A stretch of 64,000 nucleotides of DNA from Eledone cirrhosa (Eukaryota): NCBI GenBank assembly GCA_964016885.1, contig OZ024746.1:79422001-79486000 (forward strand). The letters are read 5' to 3'. This document shows, piece after piece, positions 41,677 to 56,412 of the stretch. Both the position numbers and the translations under genes were made by a program. Within the stretch, counting starts at the first letter, position 1. Each line of letters opens with the position of its first letter. The notes under the pieces are model-generated. The model did no database searches and was not told the origin of the DNA. It was given only the letters and a program-made list of their open reading frames with translations.

Positions 41677-42034
41677 TATCTATCTATCTAAGGCGGGTAA
41701 AATTCCCGAGATCCATGGACGAGTTCTCTCCAGCGGTCTCTGTCCCTCATTATCGCTGCCATATCCTGCATGGGTGCTACACGAGAATGCTGAGGATGGC
41801 TCTGAACATTAATCAGTATACACTGAGGATGAAAAACTCAGAGCTGTATGGGAGCATCCCAAAAGTCAGCTCAAAAGTGACACAGAGAAGACTGAGGTTG
41901 GCTGGACATGCTCACCGACATCCAGAGTTGACATTGCACTCAGTGCTCCTTTGGGAGCCCCTACATGGACACACTAGAAGAGGAAGACCAAGGTTAACAT
42001 ATGTTGATGCCCTAAGGACAGACACTGGTCTGTT

Positions 42035-42037
<3 letters not shown>
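41677..42037. mobile_element. RTE LINE fragment with 5' inversion (same family as 14601)
   Basis: The 3' end plus (TAGA)n tail is on minus at 41677-41759. The upstream part is on plus at 41770-42037. Confidence 0.85.
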
Positions 42038-42116
<79 letters not shown>

Positions 42117-42171
42117 GTATATGTATATATATATATACGTATATATATAATTATATATGTATATATATATA

Positions 42172-42762
42172 TATAAGTATGTATACGTACATACATATAT
42201 GTCTACAGACGTACAGTAGTATGTATATATATATACATACATGCACACATATATATATATGTACGTATGGATTCACCGAACATTTATTATAATGCTCGGT
42301 GTGTTTGTAAACAAACATCCCGAATTAAGCCGTTTATCGTTTTCGGTACGCCCGGCCGATTAACTCACACGATATGCATATTAGGCTGCTCAGCCGTTAA
42401 TATGCACAAGGAAAGTATATACTTTCAGACGTTCAATCATTTGGCAGGAAGGTATACGTTGCTGACGATAGCTAATAAGCTTGAAACTAGTACAGCGTTC
42501 CTTTGTCAGTGTTGAACAAATTAGCAACGATGGTTGCTAGACACTGTACGGCTTAATTCGGGATGTTTGTTTACAAACACACCGAGCATTATAATAAATA
42601 TTCGGTGAATCCATACGTACATATATATGTATGTGTGCATGTATGTATATATATATACATACTACTGTACGTCTGTATACATATATGTATGTACGTATAC
42701 ATACTTATATTTAAGTAACAGCCGTACTAACAGCGAGAAATGAAATTTCGTTTCATTTTTTC

Positions 42763-42768
<6 letters not shown>
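42172..42768 (+). mobile_element. Fold-back insert (arms 42172-42334 / 42549-42709) with HHR in spacer
   Basis: Reverse-complement arms plus tail. A relative lies at about 62030-62275 (-). Confidence 0.8.
42456..42498 (+). ncRNA. Minimal type I HHR (relative at 62178-62220 on minus)
   Basis: acgttg-CTGACGA-t-agct(aata)agct-t-GAAA-ctag-TA-cagcgt. Confidence 0.8.
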
Positions 42769-42817
<49 letters not shown>

Positions 42818-42820
<3 letters not shown>

Positions 42821-43017
42821 AATGTTTGACCCCGACGGCAGAGCTCAAGCTTTTTCGACGGGTATTTCTAGGCTCATTTCCGCCCAGAAATAGCCGTCGA
42901 AACGGCTTGAGCCCTGCCGTCGGGGTCAAACATTTTCCTATTACCCACTCTACTACCCTAAGTATTGAGTACTCTGGTCCGTTGTGGTCCATCTGATTCC
43001 TTACCACACCTCCTTCG

Positions 43018-43019
<2 letters not shown>
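42818..43019 (+). mobile_element. Family B fold-back PLE terminus
   Basis: Same architecture as 14338 and 26348. Confidence 0.8.
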
Positions 43020-43054
<35 letters not shown>

Positions 43055-43072
43055 TGTATGCATGTATATATG

Positions 43073-43135
<63 letters not shown>

Positions 43136-43160
43136 GTATGTATATATGTATGTATGTATG

Positions 43161-43780
43161 TGTCAGGTCACCAGTTGGTGCTACTGGTAACATGTATCCC
43201 AGTACAACCTGTCCCATGGTCGGGTCGTTGGCGACTAAACTGGCAACCCTACCAAGGTTTCTTGGTGAGGAGAGTGACTTTGGACATCCTGCGGGACTAA
43301 AAACAAAACCTGTCAAAGGGAAAAGGAGCTCTTAAGAGTCAATGGCCATCCAAAATCACCGGGAGAGATGACCCCTTAGCCTTTGTCAAGGCAGAATTCT
43401 AGGAGAAGGAAAACTCTGATATAACACCTGCAACCCTGATGGTATTCAATGATGTTGACTTGTTCTTCTTTTTGGTAAATATCATCTTGGTTAAGAGAGT
43501 GGGACTGGCTTTGTGCAGTGCCTTTGCTCACTATAAAAGCTTCACGGCACAGGCATTGCTTTATATCTGGAGATCTCTCTGCACTTGTCGTCACATGGTA
43601 CAATGGGCCCAGCACTATGTATCAATAATTGTCACAGGTGTAGTGTTTGTACCAGAGTTTTCAAGTCGCTGGCTGGACTAAAAAGTCACACTCGTTCAGC
43701 GCATCGGTAGGGGTTCTCCTACATGGATATAAAGTAGTGGCCGTACTCGAAAACGAGTTGGCAGCCACCATGTATGTATG
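43161..43780 (+). mobile_element. Internally deleted RTE-type non-autonomous element
   Basis: Structured 5' leader, terminal C2H2 finger remnant CSVCTRVFKSLAGLKSHTRSAH* (to 43710), and (TATG)n tail. Second copy at 47883-48296 (-). Confidence 0.7.
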
Positions 43781-44290
43781 TATAAATATGATAATCTATT
43801 GCTATGTCAATCTTTGTGCATAAACTCTTTCCCGTCTCTTTCTTCCTCCCTCTCCCTCTCCCCCTCTCTCTCACTCTTTGTTCCCTACTTTCACTCTCTC
43901 ATGATCTCACTGTCTCTCTTCTTTTCTTTATTTCGCACTTTTTTTCTCTCTCCATCTACTTTCCTGTCTTTATTTTCTCCCCATCTCGTTTTTCTTTCTG
44001 TCTTCTCTGACCCCCACCCCCACCACACCCCTTCTTTGCAATTTGCTATTTCCCCCCCAATATTATACTTTCCTCTGTTTTTGTCTTCTTGTAAATAATT
44101 TTGTATGTAAATTTTGTTTTACTTTATCTTTCTACATATTTCATATATTTTGATTATTTTCGTCTCCCATATTTTTTTTAAGAGAATTTCATTTATGTAT
44201 TCTTTATATCTTATTTTATTTATTTTCCAACTTAAGTTCATAATCTTGGAGAATTACAGTAAAAGAAGCAATAATACACACACACACACA

Positions 44291-44348
<58 letters not shown>

Positions 44349-44399
44349 TGTATATACACATATATATATATATATAAGTATATATGTATATATTTATGT

Positions 44400-44443
<44 letters not shown>

Positions 44444-44481
44444 TGTATATATTTATGTACATATATATATATATATATATG

Positions 44482-44527
<46 letters not shown>

Positions 44528-44550
44528 GAGAGAGAGAGAAATATATCCAT

Positions 44551-44679
<129 letters not shown>

Positions 44680-44779
44680 TGTGAGAGAGAGAGTGTGTAA
44701 ACAATACAGAATAAATAGATAAACATATAAAAGAACTTCTATTCAAGAACTATTTATTGGCATATTCCACATTTCCTCT

Positions 44780-44899
44780 TTAGAGTGTTTCTCTTGATTT
44801 TCTTGTTGTCGTCGCTGTTTTTTTTACTTTATTTTCGCTATAATTTTTTTAAATTTTCTTGTTTGTGTAAATGTTTGACGTCGCTTGTTTATCATTTCG

Positions 44900-44952
<53 letters not shown>

Positions 44953-45047
44953 TATTCACTCTCTTCCTCTCTTTATTTATTTTTCTATATCACTGTGTTT
45001 CTCTATCATTCTAACTCTCTCTCTCTCTGCTCCCCTCTCTCTTTATT

Positions 45048-45119
<72 letters not shown>

Positions 45120-45538
45120 ACTCTACCTCATTCACTGTATCTCCCACCCTCGTTCGTTTTCTATTTCAATCACTCTATGTTTTTCATTTTCACACACATA
45201 CTCTCTCTCTCTCTTTCTCTCTTACTCTCTCGTGCCGTCTTTCAAACTCTCTACATTTCTTTCATTTTCATTCTCACTCTCTCTCTCTCTCTTCTCTCAC
45301 ACTCTCTGTATCACTTTATCTCTTTCTCTGTATTTCCCCCCTCTCTGTTGCTTTACTTTCAATCTCTCTCTTTCACACAACACACCCACTCTCTCTCTCT
45401 CTCTATATATATATATAAATAAATATATATATATATATCTACCTATCTCTCTATCTCCATCTATCTCTCTCTCTATATATACATATCTTTCCCTTTCAGT
45501 CACCTATCATTGTTCTCTCTATCTCTCTATCCTTATTA

Positions 45539-45580
<42 letters not shown>

Positions 45581-45821
45581 TGTCTTTTATCAATTATAAA
45601 AACCCTGTCTCTTTTCTATTGTTTATTTATGCTTTATTTATTTGTTTTCCTTTTTTCTTTTCAACAATATTCCTCTCAAATTTCCTTTCCTATAGCTCTC
45701 CTTTCTTACACTTAGAATTTGCTCTTTTACACACACACACAAACGCACACATACACACCCACATATATACATATATATATATATATGTGTGTATGCGTGT
45801 GTTTATATATATATACATATG

Positions 45822-45860
<39 letters not shown>

Positions 45861-45910
45861 CATATATACTTACTTACACACACACACACACATATATACA
45901 CACACACATG

Positions 45911-45949
<39 letters not shown>

Positions 45950-46114
45950 ATATATGTTCCTTATATTTTCCATTCTGTCTTTTAATCATTTTCTGCACTC
46001 TTTTCTCCTCCGCCTCCGCCATTTCAAGACTGTAGATTTCCCTGTTTCTTAATATCAAATACCACTTGTAACTATTACTATTTCTTCCTACGCCTTTCTC
46101 ACTCTCATTTTCTA

Positions 46115-46191
<77 letters not shown>

Positions 46192-46277
46192 CTATGTCTC
46201 CCTCACTCTCTCATATACTCAGACAATTAAACTGAATCTTTCCCTCACATTCTTTTGCATTTATCTATTTGTTTTTA

Positions 46278-46317
<40 letters not shown>

Positions 46318-46390
46318 TATTCACCACTTTCACTATCATTATTTCTCTTTATTTATTTATTTATTCATTTATTTATTTATTTATTTATTT
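44780..46390. repeat. CT-rich / TA / ATCT low-complexity region
   Basis: Visible directly. Source of the 416-aa pseudo-ORF. Confidence 0.9.
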
Positions 46391-46882
46391 GTTTCGATCT
46401 CCATATTCTTGATCTATCTTCTTTCTAATTTTATTTATTATTTTTTTTCTTACAACTTAATTGAAATTATCATAAAAAAAAAAAGTCAAAAGGGGGGTAA
46501 AACAAACACTTATCAAAACAAAATATGAAAAAAGAAAAAAAATTAAAAGTAAAGAAAAGAAATGAAACCAAATCTAGACAAAGACATTGACATGAAACTT
46601 TTATCAAAATACTTAGAAATGTCTAAGAGAATATATACCGATCAAAATCTTGTGTAAATAAAAACACGCAAATGAACTTAATATTCCGATCAATCTTGAA
46701 GACGCTAGTCTATTGTTTTTTTTACTTAATCCGTTAGTAATTGTTATAGGTATTTTTTTTATTGACTATCCTTACTATAATAACCAATACTTTCTTACTA
46801 ATATTAATCTTACTGCATTCCTATGTTTGTTATAAACGATAGCTTTACAAACTTTATGTGTAAAATTTCTATTTGAATGTAG

Positions 46883-47325
46883 TCTGGCATTATCGATAGA
46901 GCCTCAGACACCATGCTTTGCAGCATAGAGTTATGGCCCTTTATGATCTGAGTTCAAATCCCGCCGAGGTTAACTTTGCCTTTCATCCTTACGGGGTCGA
47001 TAAAATAAAGCACCAGTAACGTACTGGGGTCGATTTAATCGATTTTCCCCTCCCCCAAAATTGCTGGCCTTGTGCCTATATAAGAAACCATTATTATCAT
47101 CTTTCTTAGGGCGGTGAATTAGCAGTGTCGTTAGGGCGTTGGACTACATGCTTTATGGCATAGGATTATGGCCCTTTACGTCTTGAGTTCAAATCCTGCC
47201 GAGGTTAACTTTGTCTTTCATCCTTACGGCGTTGATAAAATAAATACCATTAATGCACTGGGGTCGATTTAATCGACTTTCCCCTTCCACAAAATTGCTG
47301 GCCTTGTGCAGAAACTATTATTATC
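46883..47325 (+). mobile_element. Two adjacent S1 SINEs (longer subfamily)
   Basis: The S1 core occurs twice with the extra ggggtcgatttaatcga segment. Confidence 0.85.
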
Positions 47326-47882
47326 ACCTTTCTTATAAAAGAAACTCTTGCATATGATTTTAATGCTATGCCAGTATATATTTTGTATACTTTTGTTATA
47401 TTTCTATGATTTTTATATGCTTCTCAATACTGTTATTGCGTCGTTTCTGATCAAAATTCAATATAACTGTATGAAATTAGAAATAGAAGCTTTCGCCGTA
47501 TTTTTGACGAAAGAAATTTTAGCCTGATAGTGGGGTTGAGAACCCTCTGAGAAATGAGTATTGACGTACATGGGAGTCGAACCCACATCTTTGGTTATCC
47601 AGCCTACTGTGCTAACATTACACCAACACATCACTGTATGCTCGAAAGTTGTATAGTCATAGGTCTTGGATTCATCCCTTAATGTTGTCGAATTATTCAT
47701 CTATTCTTTTAATGATTTCAGTCTTTAGACAACGGTCATTCTGGAGCACCGTCTTTTTTAATGAATTTTAGTCAATCATATCGACAATAATATTCCCGTT
47801 TCAAGCCTCGTACTTATTTTATCGATCGCTTTTTTTGTCGAATCACTAAGACATGAACAAATAAAGACAGTCACATATGCAT

Positions 47883-48296
47883 ATACATGGTGGCTGCCAA
47901 CTCGTCTTCGAATACGGCCACTACTTTATATCCATGTAGGAGAACCCCTACCGATGCGCTGAACGAGTGTGACTTTTTAGTCCAGCCAGCGACTTGAAAA
48001 CTCTGGTACAAACACTACACTTGTGACAATTATTGATACATAGTGCTGGGCCCATGGTACCATGTGGCGACAAGTGCAGAGAGATCTCCAGATATAAAGC
48101 AATGCCTGTGCCGTGAAGCTTTTATAGTGAGCAAAGACACTGCACAAAGCCAGTTCCACACTCTTAACCAAGATGATATTTACCAAAAAGAAGAACAAGT
48201 CAACATCATTGGATACCATCAGGGATGCAGGTGTTATATCAGAGTTTTCCTTCTAGAATTCTGCCTTGACAAAGGCTAAGGGGTCATCTCTCCCGT
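47883..48296 (-). mobile_element. 5'-truncated copy of the 43161 element
   Basis: Near-identical reverse complement of 43359-43775. Confidence 0.85.
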
Positions 48297-49755
48297 ATGT
48301 ATGTATACGTATATATAGTCATTTATTTCTCATTCTATTTTCTGATCTAGTGTCCGAAACCTAAAGTTTCTTTTCCTACTATATCAAGCGTTAAATTAAT
48401 ACATTTCTTCGTTGTACTGTGTTGTTAGCTTTGTTGTTTCCATTTACGTTTCTCTCTTTTTTTGTCGAAAAACACCCATATAGTTTCATTTCCACAATTA
48501 GAGCAATTCTCCAATCTCCTGCACTGATTGCCACTGCAATTCCACCTTAATACGCCAGATTACTTGCCAATAGGTAGCTAACCAGGTAGAGATGCAGTTG
48601 TCTGTTCATATTCTGTAATAGTTTCCCTGTGTATAATTTTTGCTTATATATATTTGAATTCCTTGTGTAATTGTTACATAACCATCCCCCACAAAAAAAA
48701 ATGTACAGAATTTGCAACATACACATGCACATTCAGTATTCTCCCACACGTTCTAAAATTACATATACATATGTACTTATCTATCAGTCATTCACCTCGT
48801 TTACAGCTGAAAGCTTGTGGTTGCATAATCGAGAAAGTGCGAAACTTTACATCATTAAACAATTAAATTTGATATATTTACCCAGAAGGTGATTACATAT
48901 TTGATACTGTTGAAATAATTTCAACTATACGATGTATTTATGCCCGTGGACAAACCTATGCACATATCAGTCAATTATATAAGTACTTATAGCTTATACG
49001 GAATTTTAATGTATTCATAAATTAATTGACAACACATAGATCATGAAGTGTTGTTGAACCTCTGTAGTTCTCGACGACGATTTCCTAGTTTTCAAACCTG
49101 CAAGTGCCTGGGTATTCATCAGTTACGTGTAGTCTTAATTCTCAGTGAGAATCAGTTTGACATTAAATAACAAGGCTAAAGTTTTGAATTACAGCTGCAA
49201 TGCATTTTTGCCAGTGGAGAGGACTAGAACAAAGTGAAATAAAGTGGCTTTACGAAGGATACAAACTGCTGCCAGAAATTGAACTCACAACTTACGATCG
49301 TAAACTGGACACGCTTACCACTAATCCACACACGTCTTTTATCTGTTAATCTATATTTCTATGCATCTCCAAGTTTAGCTTCAGCATGTAATATATGGGA
49401 AGAGATATAAAATCTAAATATTGAATGAACGATCACAGTACATTGCTTACCGTCTTAAGAAAATAACATACGAGGAAAACCTAAAAGTATACTAAAATAA
49501 AATAAAACACATGCTTCAATTTTTTTTAATTCTGTCTAGGAAATCATATAGGGCTAGGAGCATTTTGGCTGTTTACCAGTAAATATAAGTTCGATGCTCA
49601 ACAACTACTTGGGATATTTTTTTTTATTTTTTATCTCAGTGTATATACTATTAATTGAATTTACATTTTTTCTCAATTGATATAAACAAACACATACATG
49701 TATGTATATTATTATATATATATGCACATGTATATAAGAAACCATTATATATATG

Positions 49756-49808
<53 letters not shown>

Positions 49809-49877
49809 GAAAATGATAATACACATATATTTATATATATATATGTATGTGAGATTATATATATATATATATATACA

Positions 49878-50165
49878 CGTCGCCTAGTGGTAAGAGTGTT
49901 GGACTTACGATCATAATGTCGAGGGTTCGATTCCTGGGCTGCATGTTGTGTTCTTCAGCAAAACACTTCATTTCACGTTGCTCCAGAATACTCACCTGAA
50001 AATGAGTACCAGCAATAGCTGGCGGTTTAAGCATGCGATCTACTGGTGTCCTGTCCAGGGGAGGGGGGTAGTGTTGTACTCTCAGTCGCTTCACGCCATC
50101 AAACGGGGATAAGCACCGGCCAAATGAGCCTTCTGGCTTAAGACAGACTTTAGACTTTTTTTTTT
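49878..50165 (+). mobile_element. tRNA-derived SINE family S2
   Basis: Box A/B head, conserved body and T-rich end. Matches 56413-56697. Confidence 0.85.
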
Positions 50166-50241
50166 ATATATAAATATATATATATATAGTAATAATAATA
50201 AATATTTTATATATATATAGTAATAATAATAAATAATTTTA

Positions 50242-50310
<69 letters not shown>

Positions 50311-51022
50311 AAGAGATGTATGTGAAAATGTAAAAATATCTCTCTCTCCATATATATATATATATATTTATATATACGTATGTATGTCTATATACATATG
50401 TCTATTTGCAAGACTGTATGTATGGAAATATTCGTATTCAAATATGGTGACAATCGTATTGAATCCATCTATACGTTTATCATTGTTTTGTTTGATTTTT
50501 TGTGAGTGTGTGAGTTGCATTCTGGGAGATCATTTGGTATGGAGTTGCCATTATGATCTAAGTGAGCAAAGCTTGTCTACTCAATCTTAAATATTTTATA
50601 CTCTACCATCAACATTTGTCACCGGCTTACTGCAGTATCTATTTATTTATTCATATGTTTTCATTCAGATCATTATTTTTCGTGAGAGCCATCATTTTTT
50701 TAACTATATTTTTTTCACTATTTTCTTATATATATATATTTTAGCCTAACTATTTACCTTTTTACCTTATCATATCTATCTTTATATTTTATTCTTTCTT
50801 TTTTTGTCTCAAACTTTCATTTTCAATTTTTTTTTTTTGTTTCTTTTTCATCTATCTCTTCTGAATCTCATAATTTATTTCCATATCTTTTGTGTGTATA
50901 TATAAATATGTATGTATATATATATATATATATAGATATATAGATAAATATATAAACGTGTGTGTATGTATTTATGTATATACATATATGTTTGTATGTA
51001 TGTATCTCACTCTCTCTCTTTC

Positions 51023-51064
<42 letters not shown>

Positions 51065-51414
51065 TGTGTGTGTGTATGCATATATATGAATGTACGAGTG
51101 TGTGTATTTGACGTGATATATTTTCTCTGCCAATTGTTTATCGTTATCTCTTCTATATCTTTCTGACAAAAGAATACCACCGCCCCCTCCCGGGAAAAGA
51201 ACAGAAAAGATCTTCCTATCTGAGCACATTCAGATAATATTTGCTACTACTATTAACCACCTCATATTCCCTTGCATACCATATACTATGACATCTCAAC
51301 ATTAGCAGGGTTTCATGAGAGTATGTTAAGTTTCATATTATAAGTATATATATATATATATATATATATTATCTATCTCTTTCTCCCTCCTCTCTCTCTC
51401 TCTTTATATATATG

Positions 51415-51470
<56 letters not shown>

Positions 51471-51633
51471 TTTAAACTGAGGCAAATAGTTCATCTATCT
51501 TGACTTGAAAAGAAAGTAATGTAAACAGATTATAAAATTTTTCCCGCTATAATGAGAAAAAATACGAGAGATTTTCATATACATTTATTATTACTGGGAC
51601 TCGTTTTTTCCCCCTATATCACATCCACAAATG

Positions 51634-51681
<48 letters not shown>

Positions 51682-51690
51682 TATATATAT

Positions 51691-51787
<97 letters not shown>

Positions 51788-51804
51788 TATATGTGTATAT
51801 ATAT

Positions 51805-51823
51805 ATATATGTATACATACATA

Positions 51824-51870
<47 letters not shown>

Positions 51871-51899
51871 GTATATATATATATATGTATACATACATA

Positions 51900-51970
<71 letters not shown>

Positions 51971-52073
51971 GTATACATACATAGGCATATATATATATAT
52001 ATATGTATATATATATGTATACATACATAGGCATATATATATATATATATGTATATATATGTATACATACATA

Positions 52074-52111
<38 letters not shown>

Positions 52112-52115
52112 CATA

Positions 52116-52125
<10 letters not shown>
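51805..52125. repeat. Minisatellite: atacatacataggcat units separated by variable (TA)n
   Basis: Six copies of the unit. Confidence 0.85.
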
Positions 52126-52162
<37 letters not shown>

Positions 52163-52176
52163 AGATATATGCATAC

Positions 52177-52215
<39 letters not shown>

Positions 52216-52833
52216 GTGTGTATATATATGTGGATAGAGCTCTCTCTCTCTATATATATATATATGCATAATTTAAAATTTTCTGTTCGTAAGATATGCT
52301 GCTGTTTATTTTATATACATTTTCCTCTTTATTTAATGGCTGAAAGAATTTTTAAAAACCAAAGATAAATAAAAAAAATAACACCTTCATAACCCACTAC
52401 AGAGGCTTTTAACCAGTCACTCTATGCGGAATATCATATTTATTTACATACTAAGATTTTATATATTTTTTAAATACAAGACTTTCTTCCCATTTGCCAG
52501 ATAATCAATATGTCACGTGAACAGGTAATAGCAACATTTTTCAAGTGTTATAAGCCGAATTAAATAAAATAACATTTTTGCCATTATTTTTCAGAAGACG
52601 ATGGTGCAATAACAATGATTAGAGCAAAGGAAGGGGAAAAAATGGATTTAGATATGTCTAGATGTATTTGTTATATTCTTTTAGTTTTTGCGTGATATTT
52701 ATGAAGTGTAACACATCTTACTTTCGTTCCTTCCTCTGTATCTTTCTATTTATCTGTCTGTCTATCTATGTATTTATCTATTTCCCCTCTCTGTATGTTT
52801 AAATACATACACATTTACACACGCACACTCATT

Positions 52834-53004
<171 letters not shown>

Positions 53005-53131
53005 GAAGAGAGACAGGTAGAGATTGAGAATGAGAGATACAACAATGTAAATATGGGTGAATGTAAATAGCTGTACTATAGACAGTGAACTAGGTTAAAA
53101 TATATCTTTATATATATATATATATTGTGTA

Positions 53132-53178
53132 TGCTCCGATGATTCCAGACAGTTGCCTGGAAGAAACGATCGTCAGCA
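53132..53178 (+). ncRNA. Type I HHR, U4C variant
   Basis: tgct-CCGATGA-ttccag(acagttgc)ctggaa-GAAA-cgatcg-TC-agca. Confidence 0.8.
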
Positions 53179-53427
53179 ATTAAATGCATTAAACAAAAAT
53201 TTGATTGTCCTATATTTTGCATTTCTGCTATGTAATACATCTGATAATTTAGATTGAGCTAATTTTCTTACTAGTAATTGGGTAATACAAAATATTACCC
53301 TTTCTTATTTATAATTGTATATAGATTATATATATAAGTATGAATGCTATTACCATTATTATTATTATATATATTATTATTATATTTATTATATTATTAT
53401 ATTTATTATATTATATATATATATCAT

Positions 53428-53502
<75 letters not shown>

Positions 53503-54619
53503 CATACATATATATATATATATAGATGAAAATGTGGTATGCTGTTCCTAGCAAGTTTGGTTCCACGTAGATCCTAACATTCTGTCTAGCTCCGGTTGTC
53601 CTTACCGTAACAGGATGAAATATGATACAAGTTAATGATAGAAGTCCAGTGTCTTTGGTTGATATTTATTATTTAAATACTTCTGGTAATACGTTAACCA
53701 TGCATGACATATACAACTGATTATTCATCTTAGCTTGATATTAGTCATTATATGTTTTTTATTTCTCACTCATCGGAAATGCTCCCTTCATTAAACATGT
53801 TAATAAACTTAACTATTCTGTTTCATGTGAATGATGTCTATGAAGTATTTATTCTTTAAGCTATTCTATATTTGTACGTCAACAAAAGTGCGAATTCATT
53901 GATTTATTTTTGAATTTTTCATCATTTCATCAGCAATGTTAAAGTCAATGTTAAAGTTAAAGTCAATGTTTCGTTGATGAAGTCTGTATAAGGGCAATAC
54001 ATCTTCAGAATTGTCTCATGTACTTACAAAAGAATATGAGAACACGATATTAGATATTGACTAATATTTTATTTTCGTTAGCGCATGTTTTTTCCTTATT
54101 AGTCGTAAAATGTTCTCAGCTTTAAACATGTTAGCACTTTACTTTACAGTAGCCATCTGGAGGTCATACAGGTCCACCGTCACACTTTAAGTCTATATTT
54201 GAGCGTCACTTTTGCTGTTTCATATATTTTGAGTTATCTTTCTATGTATGTCCAAAATGGATGAATTAGTAGGGGATGCTCAACGTTGACTGTCGCCATT
54301 TGTGGATTTGTGGATTGCTGAGTTAATCTACGAAGCTAGTGAGAAATTCAGCTAAACACATTTTGATAATCTTAAGGGAAAAATTTGCATGATTTTGTAA
54401 ACCTTTTCAGAGGTGGCTGCACAGTTGCGGACTTTTGCATGGCTAAATATATGTGAACCGATTACTTGGGGAAGTGAGTGATTTGGTCGGAGGAATATCG
54501 AAGTATTTTCCGTGTATTTTTTCTTTATGCAAAATATTGGGCGCAATTTTAACACACTTTTACACATATATAGGATGCAAAAACGTTCCCGTCGGCGATC
54601 CAAATTGTGTAATCTCCAT

Positions 54620-54650
<31 letters not shown>

Positions 54651-54679
54651 GTAATAATAAAATATATATAAAATATATA

Positions 54680-54866
54680 GTAATAATAATTGTTTCTACT
54701 TTAGGCACAAGGCCAGCAATTACCCAGTACATTACTGGTACTTTATTTTATCGACCCCGTAAGGATGAAAGGCAAAGTTAACCTCAGCGGGATTTGAACT
54801 CAGACTGTAAAGGGACGTAACTATGTTAGAAAGCTTGGCGTCCAACCCTCTACCCATACTGCCAAT
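54680..54866 (-). mobile_element. S1 SINE joined to family D PLE terminus
   Basis: Near full-length S1 on minus, immediately followed by the family D HHR arm (54870-54943). Confidence 0.8.
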
Positions 54867-54940
54867 ATGAATTTCAGAAGATCCCGTTAAGGGTGAAAGC
54901 AGCGATTCTTTGCTTAAACTTTAATCTGTTATTTTAATAA

Positions 54941-55025
<85 letters not shown>

Positions 55026-55212
55026 CATGAAACTGATCGAGTTGTATATATGCGGGAATTCCAGTTTTTTAATATATGCACCATACCGTGTTTTTCTCAC
55101 ACAATGGTCTTCCTATACTTTAGAGGTCACGTGTCATGACGACATAGACCTGTTAGATTCGATGAGCTGTGCTCACTGTGCTCGGTTTTACACGCAATTG
55201 TTGAGTTTGGGC

Positions 55213-55354
55213 CACCTACTGATGAAATGCAATAACCTGATTGCCTAATATCTGCTGTTATTACGCAATACTCTGCATATAGCAGTTTTAATAACTATTG
55301 TAGGCGGAATATGACATGGAAACGGAATCCGTCCCGGAGATAGATATGGTAGGT
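55213..55354 (+). ncRNA. HHR-like motif with long helix II
   Basis: accta-CTGATGA-aatg...cat-g-GAAA-cgga(a)tccg-TC. The helix I partner is displaced. Confidence 0.5.
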
Positions 55355-55516
55355 ATCTTTACCAACACACCACCATAGTACTTATTCACTAACTACAACG
55401 TATGCACTCTGATCTTTAGGATTCACTTTCACAACCGCAAGCTTATTGTCTCAGTCTCAACGAGTGAGTGATTCATAGCTGGAAATCACTGAAATAGATT
55501 CGGTGACTTTCGTACT

Positions 55517-55676
<160 letters not shown>

Positions 55677-55902
55677 AATTACTCAGAGTAGATTACATGT
55701 GTCGTAAATTGCCATTCATTTTGGAGGAGGGGAGGGGCTGACACGGTGGTGGCTGATTTTTTTGGTTTTAAATTTGACATAGTTATGTAAAGGGGGTTGA
55801 AAGAGTGTATGTGTGTGTGTGTATGTGTGCGTGTGTCAAAGAGAGAGAGAGGGAGATAGAGCGAAAGACAGAGAGAAGAGGGAAAAAAGAGGGAAAGGAG
55901 TT

Positions 55903-55946
<44 letters not shown>

Positions 55947-56412
55947 AACGACAGCCGCGGCGGCGACGGTGGTGCTACTAAAAAATTCGTTTTTAAACCT
56001 ATGTTGTGCGAAAAATATTTTTTATTGTTAAATTATTAATAAAATATTCCATTTCTGGAATTTTAGTCATTTGTTACTTTAATATTTATGTGTATATAAG
56101 TTCTAAATATAACACTTCAAATGGTATAGTAACATTTAATATTGGGTATTTGTTTCTAATTAAACTATGGAATTTCCACTCTGTCAGCTCGCATAGCTAA
56201 TAGAAATAATTGTTTCTACTTTTGGCACAAGGCCAGCAAATTACTCAGTACATTACTGGTACTTTATTTGAACTCAGAATGGAAAGGGCCGTAACTCTAT
56301 GCGTCAAATCATGACCCTCTACCGATACTGCCAATCCACCATGTTCGTCAAGAACATCAGATAACATGTGTGATGATAAAAGAACAGTTTCCTTTTCGTC
56401 TGTCTGACTAGC

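Noticed and set aside
44785-46035. 416-aa hydrophobic ORF
   Set aside because: CT/TA low-complexity sequence that lacks stops by composition.
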